This document shows, piece by piece, positions 18,764 to 28,270 of a stretch of DNA of 64,000 bases; the stretch's first letter is position 1, and every line of letters begins with the position of its first letter. The stretch comes from Candidatus Saccharimonadota bacterium. GTDB lineage: Bacteria > Patescibacteriota > Saccharimonadia > Saccharimonadales > Saccharimonadaceae. The stretch covers positions 13-64,012 of the forward strand of contig JAFWHN010000005.1 in assembly GCA_017515205.1 (NCBI GenBank), written 5' to 3'. The translations under genes were made by a program, and so were the position numbers. Below the pieces are notes generated by a model. It saw nothing but the letters and a program-made list of their open reading frames with translations. It was not told the DNA's origin and made no database searches.

Positions 18764-18858
18764 ACGTGTTTCCAATTATAGCACGAGCGCAGATTTTTTC
18801 AATCCTTCAACCTTATATACCCCTTGTGCTTTTCTAAAAAGTGTGCTATAATTAACCT

Positions 18859-21036
18859 ATGCCTAGAAAAAAGCGAAAATCAACACGAAAAACTTCTCGG
18901 CGCTCCACTTCCAAAAAAGAAGCACCAGTTGAATATGAACTTCCCGGTGGTTTTTGGCGTCAAATTGGCGCAATCGTTATGATTGCACTAGCTCTTTTTT
19001 TCGTTGTCACTTGGTTCGGTCAGGGCGGTACCATTTTTAACAAAGTTCATGAATTTATTTTAAGCGGACTGGGCTTTGCTACTTACTTTATTCCAGCTCT
19101 ATTAGTTTATCTTGCCGTAAAAATTTTCCGTTCAGATGACAATCGCGTTGCGGTGCCGGTTTATATCGCAAGCGTTTTAATGATTTTCTGGATTTCCGGC
19201 ATCGCTGCAATTTGGCAAAATGGTGGACTCGTTGGTAGTTGGCTTAATTCTTTATCTACTAAGTTTTTAAGCCAAGGCGTGGTTATTTTTATTTACATCA
19301 TTTTGATTTTTATCACTACGGCTTTTCTCTTGCAACTTTCTCCAGTCACCTTCTTTAAAGGCACCAAAAATATGGTCAAACGTAGCAAAATCCCTGAAGC
19401 AACCGACGAAGATGATACCAAAAAAAGCAAAAAACTTGGTCAACTCGAAATTAAAGTCAATTCTGGCCTTAATGGGGAACAACCAGCTTCGTCTAGTCTT
19501 TTGCATAAATCTCCTGCTAAATCTGCTCCCGAACCAGCTAAAGAGCCTACAGCTCTTGTAGCAGTTTCTGATCCAGATTGGAAAATGCCAACTGTCGACT
19601 TACTAGAGAAAAAACAATCTCCAGCTGATGCTGGCAACATTCAGCAAAACGCCTACATCATTAAATCTACCTTGGCAGAATTTGGTATTGATGTTGAAAT
19701 GGAAGGTGCCAACGTTGGTCCACGCGTTACGCAGTATACCATGCGTCCACCAGCCGGCGTTAATCTATCCAAAATTCTTTCCCGTGACAAGGAATTAGCC
19801 CTTAATCTTGCTGTCGACAAAATTCGTATCGAAGCGCCAATTCCGGGCACGCGTTCAGTTGGCGTTGAAATTCCAAATGCTCGGTCTGCTGACGTACGTT
19901 TGCGTGGCGTGCTTGAAAGCCCTGAATGGAAAAAGTCTAATGATCCACTTTGTTTTGCCGTTGGTAAAGACATTTCCGGTCACGCCGTAATAGCCAATCT
20001 GGCTAAAATGCCTCACCTTCTCATCGCAGGTACCACTGGTTCAGGTAAGTCCGTTATGACCAACACCCTCATTAGCTCCCTGCTTTATCGCAATACTCCT
20101 TCCGACATGAAACTCATTATTGTCGACCCAAAACAGGTTGAAATGGCCCAGTATCAAGACATTCCTCACCTTCTTACGCCAATTATTACCAGCACCGAAA
20201 AAGCTCTTTCTGCCATGAAATGGGCAGTTGGCGAAATGGAACGTCGTTACACTTTGATGGCAGAAGCAAAAGTCAAAAACATCGGTGATTACAACGCCAA
20301 AATGGCTAAATCCGATCAAGAAGAAAGCGAAAGCAAAATGCCATACATTGTAATTGTGATTGATGAAATGGCTGACCTTATGATGATGGCGGGGAAAGAC
20401 CTTGAAATGCTCATCGTCCGCATCGCTCAAAAAGGCCGTGCTGCCGGTATTCATTTGGTACTTGCTACTCAGCGTCCGGAAGTAAAAGTTATTACTGGCC
20501 TTATTAAGGCTAACATTCCAGGTCGTATCGCCTTCGCGGTCGGTTCCCGCATCGATTCTCAGATTATGCTCGACCAAGGTGGTGCTGAAAAACTTCTTGG
20601 CAAAGGTGATATGTTGCTTCTCACCACTGAAATGATGGGTAAACCACGTCGTATTCAGGGCGCTTGGGCCTCTGATGAAGACATCAATAAAGTGACTGAT
20701 TTTCTCCGTTCTCAACGTGAGCCACAGTACAACGACGAAGTGATTGCTCAACAAGTTGCCATTAAAGGTATGCCAGGCGGTGGCGGCCCAAGTGACCTAG
20801 GTCGGCGTTTTGATCCGAATGACCCAACCGTCAGAAAAGCCGTTGAAATCACTCTAAAACAAGGTAAGTTTTCTACTGCATCATTACAAACTTGGCTAGG
20901 TAAAGGTCACGGTTTTGTAGCTGGACTTGCAATTTGGTTGGAAGAAATTGGCGTCATTGGCCCTGCAAACGGCAACAAACCTCGCGATGTCCTCATCACT
21001 TCCATGGACGAGTTTGACCAACTGAGCAACATGTAG
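18859..21036 (+). CDS. ftsK: DNA translocase FtsK/SpoIIIE
   Basis: 4TM N-terminus, HLLIAGTTGSGKS, IDEMADLM, ATQRP, gamma domain. Confidence 0.96.
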   Translation: MPRKKRKSTRKTSRRSTSKKEAPVEYELPGGFWRQIGAIVMIALALFFVVTWFGQGGTIFNKVHEFILSGLGFATYFIPALLVYLAVKIFRSDDNRVAVPVYIASVLMIFWISGIAAIWQNGGLVGSWLNSLSTKFLSQGVVIFIYIILIFITTAFLLQLSPVTFFKGTKNMVKRSKIPEATDEDDTKKSKKLGQLEIKVNSGLNGEQPASSSLLHKSPAKSAPEPAKEPTALVAVSDPDWKMPTVDLLEKKQSPADAGNIQQNAYIIKSTLAEFGIDVEMEGANVGPRVTQYTMRPPAGVNLSKILSRDKELALNLAVDKIRIEAPIPGTRSVGVEIPNARSADVRLRGVLESPEWKKSNDPLCFAVGKDISGHAVIANLAKMPHLLIAGTTGSGKSVMTNTLISSLLYRNTPSDMKLIIVDPKQVEMAQYQDIPHLLTPIITSTEKALSAMKWAVGEMERRYTLMAEAKVKNIGDYNAKMAKSDQEESESKMPYIVIVIDEMADLMMMAGKDLEMLIVRIAQKGRAAGIHLVLATQRPEVKVITGLIKANIPGRIAFAVGSRIDSQIMLDQGGAEKLLGKGDMLLLTTEMMGKPRRIQGAWASDEDINKVTDFLRSQREPQYNDEVIAQQVAIKGMPGGGGPSDLGRRFDPNDPTVRKAVEITLKQGKFSTASLQTWLGKGHGFVAGLAIWLEEIGVIGPANGNKPRDVLITSMDEFDQLSNM

Positions 21037-21148
21037 CAAAAACCGTGCTTGCACGGTTTTTCTATGTTGCGAAAGTTGGACGAATTATTCGACCAACTGA
21101 GCAACATGTAGCAAAAACCGTGCTTGCACGGTTTTTCTATGTTGCGAA
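21016..21148 (+). repeat. Tandem 58-bp exact direct repeat (period 75) containing the ftsK 3' end and a hairpin
   Basis: 21016-21073 is identical to 21091-21148; internal palindrome aaaaaccgtgc-tt-gcacggttttt. Confidence 0.92.
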
Positions 21149-21227
21149 GCAATTATACAAACTAGCTCAGGAATAGCCCTTGCTTTTTCTCCTCTTTAGA
21201 GTTATAATACTCCTACAATATTAACTC

Positions 21228-21271
21228 AGCAGGTGTGTCAACCCTAGCTCATAAGGAGAACAGCACTTGCT
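21228..21271 (+). promoter_or_regulatory. Putative structured rpsF leader (S6:S18 autoregulatory site candidate)
   Basis: Stem agcaggtgt/gcacttgct just upstream of the rpsF SD; TATAAT at 21203. Confidence 0.4.
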
Positions 21272-21289
21272 TTAACCAAAGGAGTTCAC

Positions 21290-21658
21290 ATGAAAGACTA
21301 CGAACTTACAGTCTTATTTCATCCCGACCTCGAGATGAATTTAGACCCCGCTGTCGACAAAGTGAAAAAGATTATCACTTCTGCCGATGGAAAAATTACC
21401 AACGAAGAGAATGACGGCAAAAAGCGTCTTTCTTATAAAATAGACGGCCAAGAATTTGCTGTTTTCTATTATCTTGACGTTCAGCTTCCTGCCGAAGCTC
21501 CCGCCAAAATCAGTAGTACTCTAAACATTACTGATGAAGTAATACGTTATTTATTGGTGCGTGCAGACACTACGCACACCAAAGCTGCTGAAGCCGATTC
21601 AGAAGAATCAAATGCTCCAGCCAAAGAAACTAAATCAACCGAAGAAAAAGGAGAATAA
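21290..21658 (+). CDS. rpsF: 30S ribosomal protein S6
   Basis: MKDYELTVLFHPD...GKKRLSYKI...VIRYL. Confidence 0.95.
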   Translation: MKDYELTVLFHPDLEMNLDPAVDKVKKIITSADGKITNEENDGKKRLSYKIDGQEFAVFYYLDVQLPAEAPAKISSTLNITDEVIRYLLVRADTTHTKAAEADSEESNAPAKETKSTEEKGE

Positions 21659-21664
21659 CTTATT

Positions 21665-22102
21665 ATGCGCGGTTTTAGTAAAGCAATCATTACTGGTAAT
21701 TTAACTCGTGACCCAGAGCTTCGCACGACACCAAATGGTGCCAGCGTTTGCAGTTTTTCGGTAGCCGTTAATCGTGTTTTCAAAGATTCAAACGGCGAGC
21801 AAAAAGAGGCTGTTTCTTACATTGATTGTTCTGCATGGGGCAAACTCGGCGAAATGATTAGCCAATATGCCAAGAAAGGTTCTGGCGTGTTAGTTTCTGG
21901 TCGCCTAGACCAACGCAGTTGGGAAGACAAAAATGGTGGCGGCAAACGCTCTCGCGTTGAAATCGTTGTTGAGGATTTTAACTTTGTTGGCGCTCCTCGC
22001 GACAACAACGGTGGCTCTAATGCAGGTAGCGAACCTGCTCCAGCTGACGTCCCAGACGATGTTCCAGAAGAGGAAATCGATCTTAGCGATGTCCCATTCT
22101 AA
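21665..22102 (+). CDS. ssb: Single-stranded DNA-binding protein
   Basis: GNLTRDPELRTT; acidic DVPF tail. Confidence 0.97.
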   Translation: MRGFSKAIITGNLTRDPELRTTPNGASVCSFSVAVNRVFKDSNGEQKEAVSYIDCSAWGKLGEMISQYAKKGSGVLVSGRLDQRSWEDKNGGGKRSRVEIVVEDFNFVGAPRDNNGGSNAGSEPAPADVPDDVPEEEIDLSDVPF

Positions 22103-22126
22103 ATTTTTTAAACGAAGGAGAATTAT

Positions 22127-22321
22127 ATGAAAAAATCTAAAAGTGACCCTAATATTTATTTTAATTATCGCGACGTTAAAACTCTGCAACGCTATTTGGA
22201 TAGCTATGGCCATATTGAACCAATTGCCAAAACTGGTCTTTCTGCCAAACAGCAACGCCAACTTGCCGTTGCCGTTAAGCGTGCACGCCATCTAGCATTA
22301 TTACCATTTGTAGCGAATTAG
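22127..22321 (+). CDS. rpsR: 30S ribosomal protein S18 (Zn-independent type)
   Basis: [11 protein letters not shown]...[26 protein letters not shown]. Confidence 0.96.
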   Translation: MKKSKSDPNIYFNYRDVKTLQRYLDSYGHIEPIAKTGLSAKQQRQLAVAVKRARHLALLPFVAN

Positions 22322-22328
22322 GAGGCAT

Positions 22329-22889
22329 ATGTACGGACCAACAGATCTTAAGAAAAATACTCTGATTACTTTGGATGGGCAACCTTACAAAGTAGTTGAA
22401 TATTCACAAAAAGTCATGGGCCGGGGTGGCTCTATCGTAAATGTCAAAGTCAAAAACCTCATTACTGGCGCCTTGTTGCCCAAGACTTTTAAAGGTCAAG
22501 AAAAAATTGAACCAGCTGAAGTCACTAATAAAAAAGTCCAATATCTTTACAAAGACGATACTAAGTTCTATTTTATGGACCCAGAATCTTTCGAGCAATA
22601 CGAACTTGCTGCCGATATGGTCGGTGACGCCAAGGATTTTATGAAAGATGGCGACGAGATGGAAATTCAATTTTATAACGATACACCCATCAATTTGGCG
22701 CTTCCAAAAAATTTATGGCTCAAAGTTACCTATACCGAAAATGCAGTTAAAGGCGACACTTCTACTTCAGTAATGAAAGATGCAACTTTGGAAACTGGTG
22801 TCGTTATCAAAGTTCCTGCCTTCATTAAGCAAGGTGATACCGTTTCTGTCGATACTGAAACTTATACTTATCGCGAACGCAAAAAATAA
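22329..22889 (+). CDS. efp: Elongation factor P
   Basis: DLKKNTLITLDGQPY; VKGDT; LETGVVIKVPAFI. Confidence 0.95.
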   Translation: MYGPTDLKKNTLITLDGQPYKVVEYSQKVMGRGGSIVNVKVKNLITGALLPKTFKGQEKIEPAEVTNKKVQYLYKDDTKFYFMDPESFEQYELAADMVGDAKDFMKDGDEMEIQFYNDTPINLALPKNLWLKVTYTENAVKGDTSTSVMKDATLETGVVIKVPAFIKQGDTVSVDTETYTYRERKK

Positions 22890-23069
22890 TTGGCTACATA
22901 ATTCGTCTACATCGATGGACGTAAAGGTAAAATCTATGGTTTTACCACCGGAAGGCAAGCAATCTAATAAATCAGTAATTTATTAAATTGCGAAACTCCC
23001 GAGACGTAGTGAATTATGTAATACAAAATAACCCTTGCGTTTTATTAAGTTTAAGCTTATAATAGAAAC

Positions 23070-24116
23070 ATGAATCTTTTGCATGGCGTGGGCGACTTCT
23101 TCTCGCTAGATATCGGGACGAATTCGATGCGAATCGTACAGCTTTCTGGTTCCAGCCAACACGGTTGGACCTTACAAAAGTTCGCATATATTCCCATTGA
23201 TCAAAAACTAACTGCCGACTCTTCGGATCTTGGCAAAAAACGTCTTGGTGAGGCCATTATGGGTGCTGTCAACCAAGCTGGTATCAAAACTAAAAACATG
23301 GCTATCGGTTTACCGGCCAGTAAAACCTTCACCTCAATCGTCGAGACTGAAACTTTGCCTGAAAAGGAGCTCAAAAAATCCTTCAAATATGAAATTGACA
23401 AATATGTTCCTATGGCAATTAACGATGCCAAAGCCGACTACGTTATTTTAGGGCCTAGTCCCAACGACCCAGCCAAAACCGAAGTGCTTGTTTCGTCAGT
23501 TGCGAAAGATTATGCCGAATCCAGCATGGAACTTATCGAAAAAACCGGTTTGAATATCGTAGCTATGGAACCGGAACCGCTTGCTATGGCTAGAGCCTTG
23601 AGCATTCCAGGCGCAATCGATGCTACCATGATTGTAGATTTTGGCGAAAAATCTACCGATTTAGTAATTACCTTCAAAAATCAACCTCGCCTTGTTCGTT
23701 CGGTGCCAGGCGGTTTTAGCGTCTTGATTAGAGCCGTAGCCAATGGGCTTAACGTACGTGAAGATCAGGCTCGTCAATTTATTCTTAAATTTGGTCTCGA
23801 TCAAAACCAGGTTGAAGGCCAAGTTTTCCGTATTCTCAATTCTCACCTAGATACTTTCGCCTCAGAGCTAGCTAAATCCGTTCGGTTCTTCCAAACAAAA
23901 TATATCAACGGCAAAGTTGGTGGTATTGTTTTGTCTGGTTACGCTAGCATGATTCCGCTTATGACAAACTTTATTGAAGCGAAAACCAACGTTTCTACTA
24001 TGAAAGGGAATCCATGGCAATTAGTTCGCACCACTACGGAACAGCAACGTGCGTTAATGAACGTTGCTAGTGAATTTGCCGTAGCGATTGGTTTGTCAGA
24101 AAGGAGTAATGACTAA
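23070..24116 (+). CDS. pilM: Type IV pilus assembly protein PilM
   Basis: SLDIGTNSMRIV actin-like fold; VDFGEKST; AVAIGLS. Confidence 0.92.
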   Translation: MNLLHGVGDFFSLDIGTNSMRIVQLSGSSQHGWTLQKFAYIPIDQKLTADSSDLGKKRLGEAIMGAVNQAGIKTKNMAIGLPASKTFTSIVETETLPEKELKKSFKYEIDKYVPMAINDAKADYVILGPSPNDPAKTEVLVSSVAKDYAESSMELIEKTGLNIVAMEPEPLAMARALSIPGAIDATMIVDFGEKSTDLVITFKNQPRLVRSVPGGFSVLIRAVANGLNVREDQARQFILKFGLDQNQVEGQVFRILNSHLDTFASELAKSVRFFQTKYINGKVGGIVLSGYASMIPLMTNFIEAKTNVSTMKGNPWQLVRTTTEQQRALMNVASEFAVAIGLSERSND

Positions 24117-25270
24117 TGGCACGTGAAATTAATCTAGTCCCTGATATTAAAGGCGAAATGATTAAAACCCTGAAGCTGAGAAATTACATTTTCTTTGCTT
24201 GTATTGTGGTAGCTGCAGCTAGTGTCGTTGTCACACTTCTATTTGGCACTATCGCTGGTGGCCAAGGTCTTGCTATGAATAGCAAAAAAGAAGCTATCGA
24301 CAAGCTTTCTGCTAAAATCAGTTCTTATACTGATCTCACCGATTTTCTAACCATTAAAGACCAATTGAGTAGCATTTCTTCGCTCAATAGTAATAAACAA
24401 GTTTTATCTCGAACTTTCGATATTCTTTCGGCTATGCGCCCCACTGGAGCCGATACTATTACTATTTCTGAGTTGAGCGTTAATTTATCCGAAGCAGAAC
24501 CAACTTTTATATTTGATGCCCAAGCCAATGCTGGCAAGGAACCATATATCGATTATAATGTGCTTGACTCTTTCAAAAAGAGTATGCAATATTTACACTA
24601 TGATTATGGCGATTACGTGGATAAGGAAAATAATATTATACCGTCGTATTGTATGATTGAAAAAGGAGAAGACGGCGCTTTGTTGAATGAAGAAGGCAAA
24701 GGGAATTTCGCATATTGGATTATTAATGGCAAGGGGTGTAATCCATCTAACAACCTAAAGGATTCAGATTACGAATTAGAAGAATATAAAGGACGCAAAG
24801 TTGTAAAAATTTGGCGTACACCTCAGTACTCAGATTGGTATAAAGAAAACGCGTCTAGTGATAAACCATATATGAGTTTAGACGGAGCCATTTCAAATGT
24901 TCCGCATTTCAATAGCGCATGTATTTCCTATAAAGGAGAAAAAAGCGCTGATGGCACCATTAAATGGGATGACACAGATAACCAATGTGCCCTCGTTCCA
25001 AATGGTACAGATGGCATCAACATTACAGAATCTTCTAACGGACGTAGTGGCGATAATGACGATTTAGTATTACGTTTTTCAGCAATTGTCACCTTAAATC
25101 CTGAAGCATTTAGATTTAACAACCATCACATGATAGCTCTTTCTCCATCTGGTCATCACAACGTTACGGATTCCTACGTCCAGGTTCAAGCCATGTTCGG
25201 CGAACGGGCAGCTGATTGCGTGGAAGGAGATACCGCGTGCAACACTAATAAAGCGAACGAAGGGAAATAA
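24116..25270 (+). CDS. PilN-like protein with large Cys-containing insertion
   Basis: INLVP PilM-binding motif, one TM helix, position after pilM. Confidence 0.7.
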   Translation: MAREINLVPDIKGEMIKTLKLRNYIFFACIVVAAASVVVTLLFGTIAGGQGLAMNSKKEAIDKLSAKISSYTDLTDFLTIKDQLSSISSLNSNKQVLSRTFDILSAMRPTGADTITISELSVNLSEAEPTFIFDAQANAGKEPYIDYNVLDSFKKSMQYLHYDYGDYVDKENNIIPSYCMIEKGEDGALLNEEGKGNFAYWIINGKGCNPSNNLKDSDYELEEYKGRKVVKIWRTPQYSDWYKENASSDKPYMSLDGAISNVPHFNSACISYKGEKSADGTIKWDDTDNQCALVPNGTDGINITESSNGRSGDNDDLVLRFSAIVTLNPEAFRFNNHHMIALSPSGHHNVTDSYVQVQAMFGERAADCVEGDTACNTNKANEGK

Positions 25271-25272
25271 AA

Positions 25273-26145
25273 ATGGCAAAAGAAATCGCAATCGGCAAAA
25301 GAGCAAAGATATCCGAAGCACAACAATATATGATTCTAGCGGTTCTTGGAGCATCACTATTTCTAGGTGCTGCAATTTCGCTCGTCTCAAATTTTATCAA
25401 ACAAATCTCTTTTAACACTGATGTAATTATGGCTGAAGAAGCCTCTATCAAATCGTATTCAGACTATATTAAAGCTGCCGGTATTTGTAAAAGCCCCAAA
25501 AATGGTGACACTTATTCTAGCGAAGAATTAGACAATTGTAACCCTAGCGATATTGAGATTTCTGAAATAAGTGGTACACTAAGAGCCAATATTCTTGAAA
25601 ATCTTGCCGCTAATGAGGCACTTAATTCCGTACCAAAGGAAGACAGTTCTCGTTGTCTCAACGGTGAAGGTAAAAAACTAACTTATAAGGATTTGATTCA
25701 AAATTATAAAGATGCCAAAGGCACTGAAGAACTAGTTGCTGCAAGTCAGCTAATTAAAAGTTGTTCTGCTCTTCGTATTATTCCAGACGCTTTACCGGCC
25801 TTTAAAAACGAAGAAGCTTTACTTGCTAGTTTAAATAAAATATTTAATATTTCCGGTTGGAAACCAGAATCAATCAGCCCTAGTGGGAGCTCCTCTGTAT
25901 CTGGAGATTCTAGCAATCTTAATGCTTTAGCTGTAAGTCTATCAGTAGAGGCTGATACTGGCACTACTATGACGGTCCTTAACAATATTGAGCGTTCAAT
26001 TCGCGATTTTAATTTTGAAAGTGCTACTATCGAATGGGGTGGCGACGCTTCTCTAGTTTTGCGAGCCCAAGCCAATGCCTATTATCTAACACCATCGGCC
26101 ATTAAAGAATCTGCAAAAACCTTTAAAGTAGGAGATAAAAAATGA
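25273..26145 (+). CDS. PilO-like protein
   Basis: One TM helix; C-terminal VLNNIERSIRDF PilO-like motif; operon position. Confidence 0.65.
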   Translation: MAKEIAIGKRAKISEAQQYMILAVLGASLFLGAAISLVSNFIKQISFNTDVIMAEEASIKSYSDYIKAAGICKSPKNGDTYSSEELDNCNPSDIEISEISGTLRANILENLAANEALNSVPKEDSSRCLNGEGKKLTYKDLIQNYKDAKGTEELVAASQLIKSCSALRIIPDALPAFKNEEALLASLNKIFNISGWKPESISPSGSSSVSGDSSNLNALAVSLSVEADTGTTMTVLNNIERSIRDFNFESATIEWGGDASLVLRAQANAYYLTPSAIKESAKTFKVGDKK

Positions 26146-26486
26146 AAACCGATTTAGCAACTGCAATTGGTGTCACGATAGTTGGCACCTTAATAGCGTA
26201 TTTTACCTGTAATCTTTTCTTAGGAGAGCCAGAAGAAGTTTCTGTCAAAACACTAGATAGCACTGTCGACGCCAGCTTAGTCGAGCCAGATGTCAATGTT
26301 TTTAATTATAAGGCCATCAATCCAACCGTAGAAGTTTATGTTGGTGATTGTAAAGAATACAATCAATATGGTGAATGTGTTGACGATTCAGCCACCGCGA
26401 TTGAAGGAGGGACAATAGATACAGATAATCAGAACAGTGACACTACTGAAAAAAAGAATAACACGTCAGATCAAGGAAATCCATAA
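26142..26486 (+). CDS. Small membrane protein in the PilP position
   Basis: N-terminal TM helix, AINPT motif, translationally coupled. Confidence 0.6.
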   Translation: MKTDLATAIGVTIVGTLIAYFTCNLFLGEPEEVSVKTLDSTVDASLVEPDVNVFNYKAINPTVEVYVGDCKEYNQYGECVDDSATAIEGGTIDTDNQNSDTTEKKNNTSDQGNP

Positions 26487-28249
26487 TGGCAACGCTTACC
26501 AAGGAAGCTGAGGAAAGAATCATTAACCTCCTCCTAACAGAGGGGCTTGCTGACCAGAACTTGGTACTTGCCATTAAACAAAAAGCCGAGAACGAAAACA
26601 AACCCGCCCTAGCTGAGCTGATTGATAAAAAAATCATTAGTGATGATATGGTAGCACGTGCTACCGCTGCCATCATCGGTGTTCCCTATGTTGAACTCAA
26701 AAATATTACCATCGATCAGGATGTTCTATCCAGAGTTCCTGCAGAAGCATCTACTCGTGTGTTAGCAGTTCCACTCGGTGAAAAAGATGGCATGCTTAAC
26801 ATTGCCATGGTTGATGTCACCAACGTCCAAGCCACTGATTATCTCTCTAATCTCATTAACCAGCCCTTGCGAGTCTGGATGTCGTCCGAACGTGGCATTC
26901 GTGAGATGCTCGAGCAGTATCATGGCGATTTTTCTGGCGTTAAAGATGCCGTCAAAGAAACCAATGAAGAAGAAGCTGAAAGGGAACAGCGTGACGTTAA
27001 AACAATTGTTCAGGACTCCCCTATTTCTAAAGCTCTGACTACTATTCTAAGTTATGCCGCCAAGACCAAAGCTTCTGATATTCACATCGAACCGCTCGAA
27101 AACTCTCTCATTATTCGTTGTCGTATTGATGGCGTATTGCGCAAAATCATGGAGCTCCCTAAAACCGTTGCTCCTGCTCTAGTTTCTCGTATTAAAATTC
27201 TTAGCAATCTTAAAATCGATGAGCACCGCGTCCCACAGGATGGCCAGTTCACCGTTTTAGTAGACGATCAAGAGATTGATCTTCGTATCGCAATTTCTCC
27301 AGTTACTTGGGGCGAGCAAGTTGTTATTCGTTTGCTTGATAAAACTGGCGTTTCGATGGAAATTGAAAAGATGGGTATGACTGGCCGTGCTCTTCGCGAT
27401 GTCTTAGAGGGCATTAAAAAGCCAAATGGTATGATTCTTACTTCTGGTCCTACTGGTTCTGGTAAATCTACCACTCTCTATGCTCTAATTCAAAAGATTA
27501 AGTCCGAAGAGATCAATATTGTGACTCTAGAGGATCCAGTTGAGTATAAAATGGACGGCATTAATCAAATCCAGGTTAATGTGGATGCTGGTTTAACCTT
27601 TGCTTCTGGTTTGAGGAGTATTCTTCGTCAAGACCCAGACGTAGTAATGGTGGGCGAGATTCGTGATTCCGAAACCGCTGGTTTGGCTGTACAGGCTGCC
27701 CTGACTGGACACCTTGTCTTTAGCACCCTTCACACCAATTCCGCTGCTGGTATTTTGCCACGTCTCCTCGATATGGGCATCGAACCATTCCTGCTTGCTT
27801 CTACCTTGAACGTTGTGATTGGCCAACGCTTGGTACGTCGCATCACCGAAAAAAGGGAAATGTATAAATCCTCCGAAATTGAGACCAAAGGTATTAATGA
27901 AATAGTTGGTGATCTTTTGCCAAAGGATAAAGAAACTGTTGCTAAAGTCAGTGAAGATTTGGGTTATCAAGGTCTACCAGTTGAAAATGACGATCACTAT
28001 ATGTTAGCTAAAGGTGTCAATTCAAAAGAAACTCCAGGTGGCTACAAAGGCCGTGCTGGTCTATATGAGACTATTACCGTAGATGAAGAAATTCAGAAGC
28101 TTATCATTAACCATTCTACTGCCAATGAAATTATGCGTCTTGCGAAGGAAAAAGGTACCGTCACTATGCGTCAGGACGGTATATTAAAAGCTCTGTCGGG
28201 CATTACAACAATAGAGGAGGTAAACCGTGTAGCAAGCGATCTCTCGTAA
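26486..28249 (+). CDS. pilB: Type IV pilus extension ATPase
   Basis: ASDIHIEP, GPTGSGKSTT, LRQDPDVVMVGEIRD, STLHTN. Confidence 0.95.
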   Translation: MATLTKEAEERIINLLLTEGLADQNLVLAIKQKAENENKPALAELIDKKIISDDMVARATAAIIGVPYVELKNITIDQDVLSRVPAEASTRVLAVPLGEKDGMLNIAMVDVTNVQATDYLSNLINQPLRVWMSSERGIREMLEQYHGDFSGVKDAVKETNEEEAEREQRDVKTIVQDSPISKALTTILSYAAKTKASDIHIEPLENSLIIRCRIDGVLRKIMELPKTVAPALVSRIKILSNLKIDEHRVPQDGQFTVLVDDQEIDLRIAISPVTWGEQVVIRLLDKTGVSMEIEKMGMTGRALRDVLEGIKKPNGMILTSGPTGSGKSTTLYALIQKIKSEEINIVTLEDPVEYKMDGINQIQVNVDAGLTFASGLRSILRQDPDVVMVGEIRDSETAGLAVQAALTGHLVFSTLHTNSAAGILPRLLDMGIEPFLLASTLNVVIGQRLVRRITEKREMYKSSEIETKGINEIVGDLLPKDKETVAKVSEDLGYQGLPVENDDHYMLAKGVNSKETPGGYKGRAGLYETITVDEEIQKLIINHSTANEIMRLAKEKGTVTMRQDGILKALSGITTIEEVNRVASDLS

Positions 28250-28270
28250 TGCTCATGGTATAATAAAACT

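Noticed and set aside
20907-21152. 81-aa minus-strand ORF with an internal repeat
   Set aside because: By-product of the 58-bp DNA duplication, antisense to ftsK.
22943-22962. SRP RNA suggested by ccggaaggcaagca
   Set aside because: It lacks the upstream CAGG half of the helix-8 internal loop.
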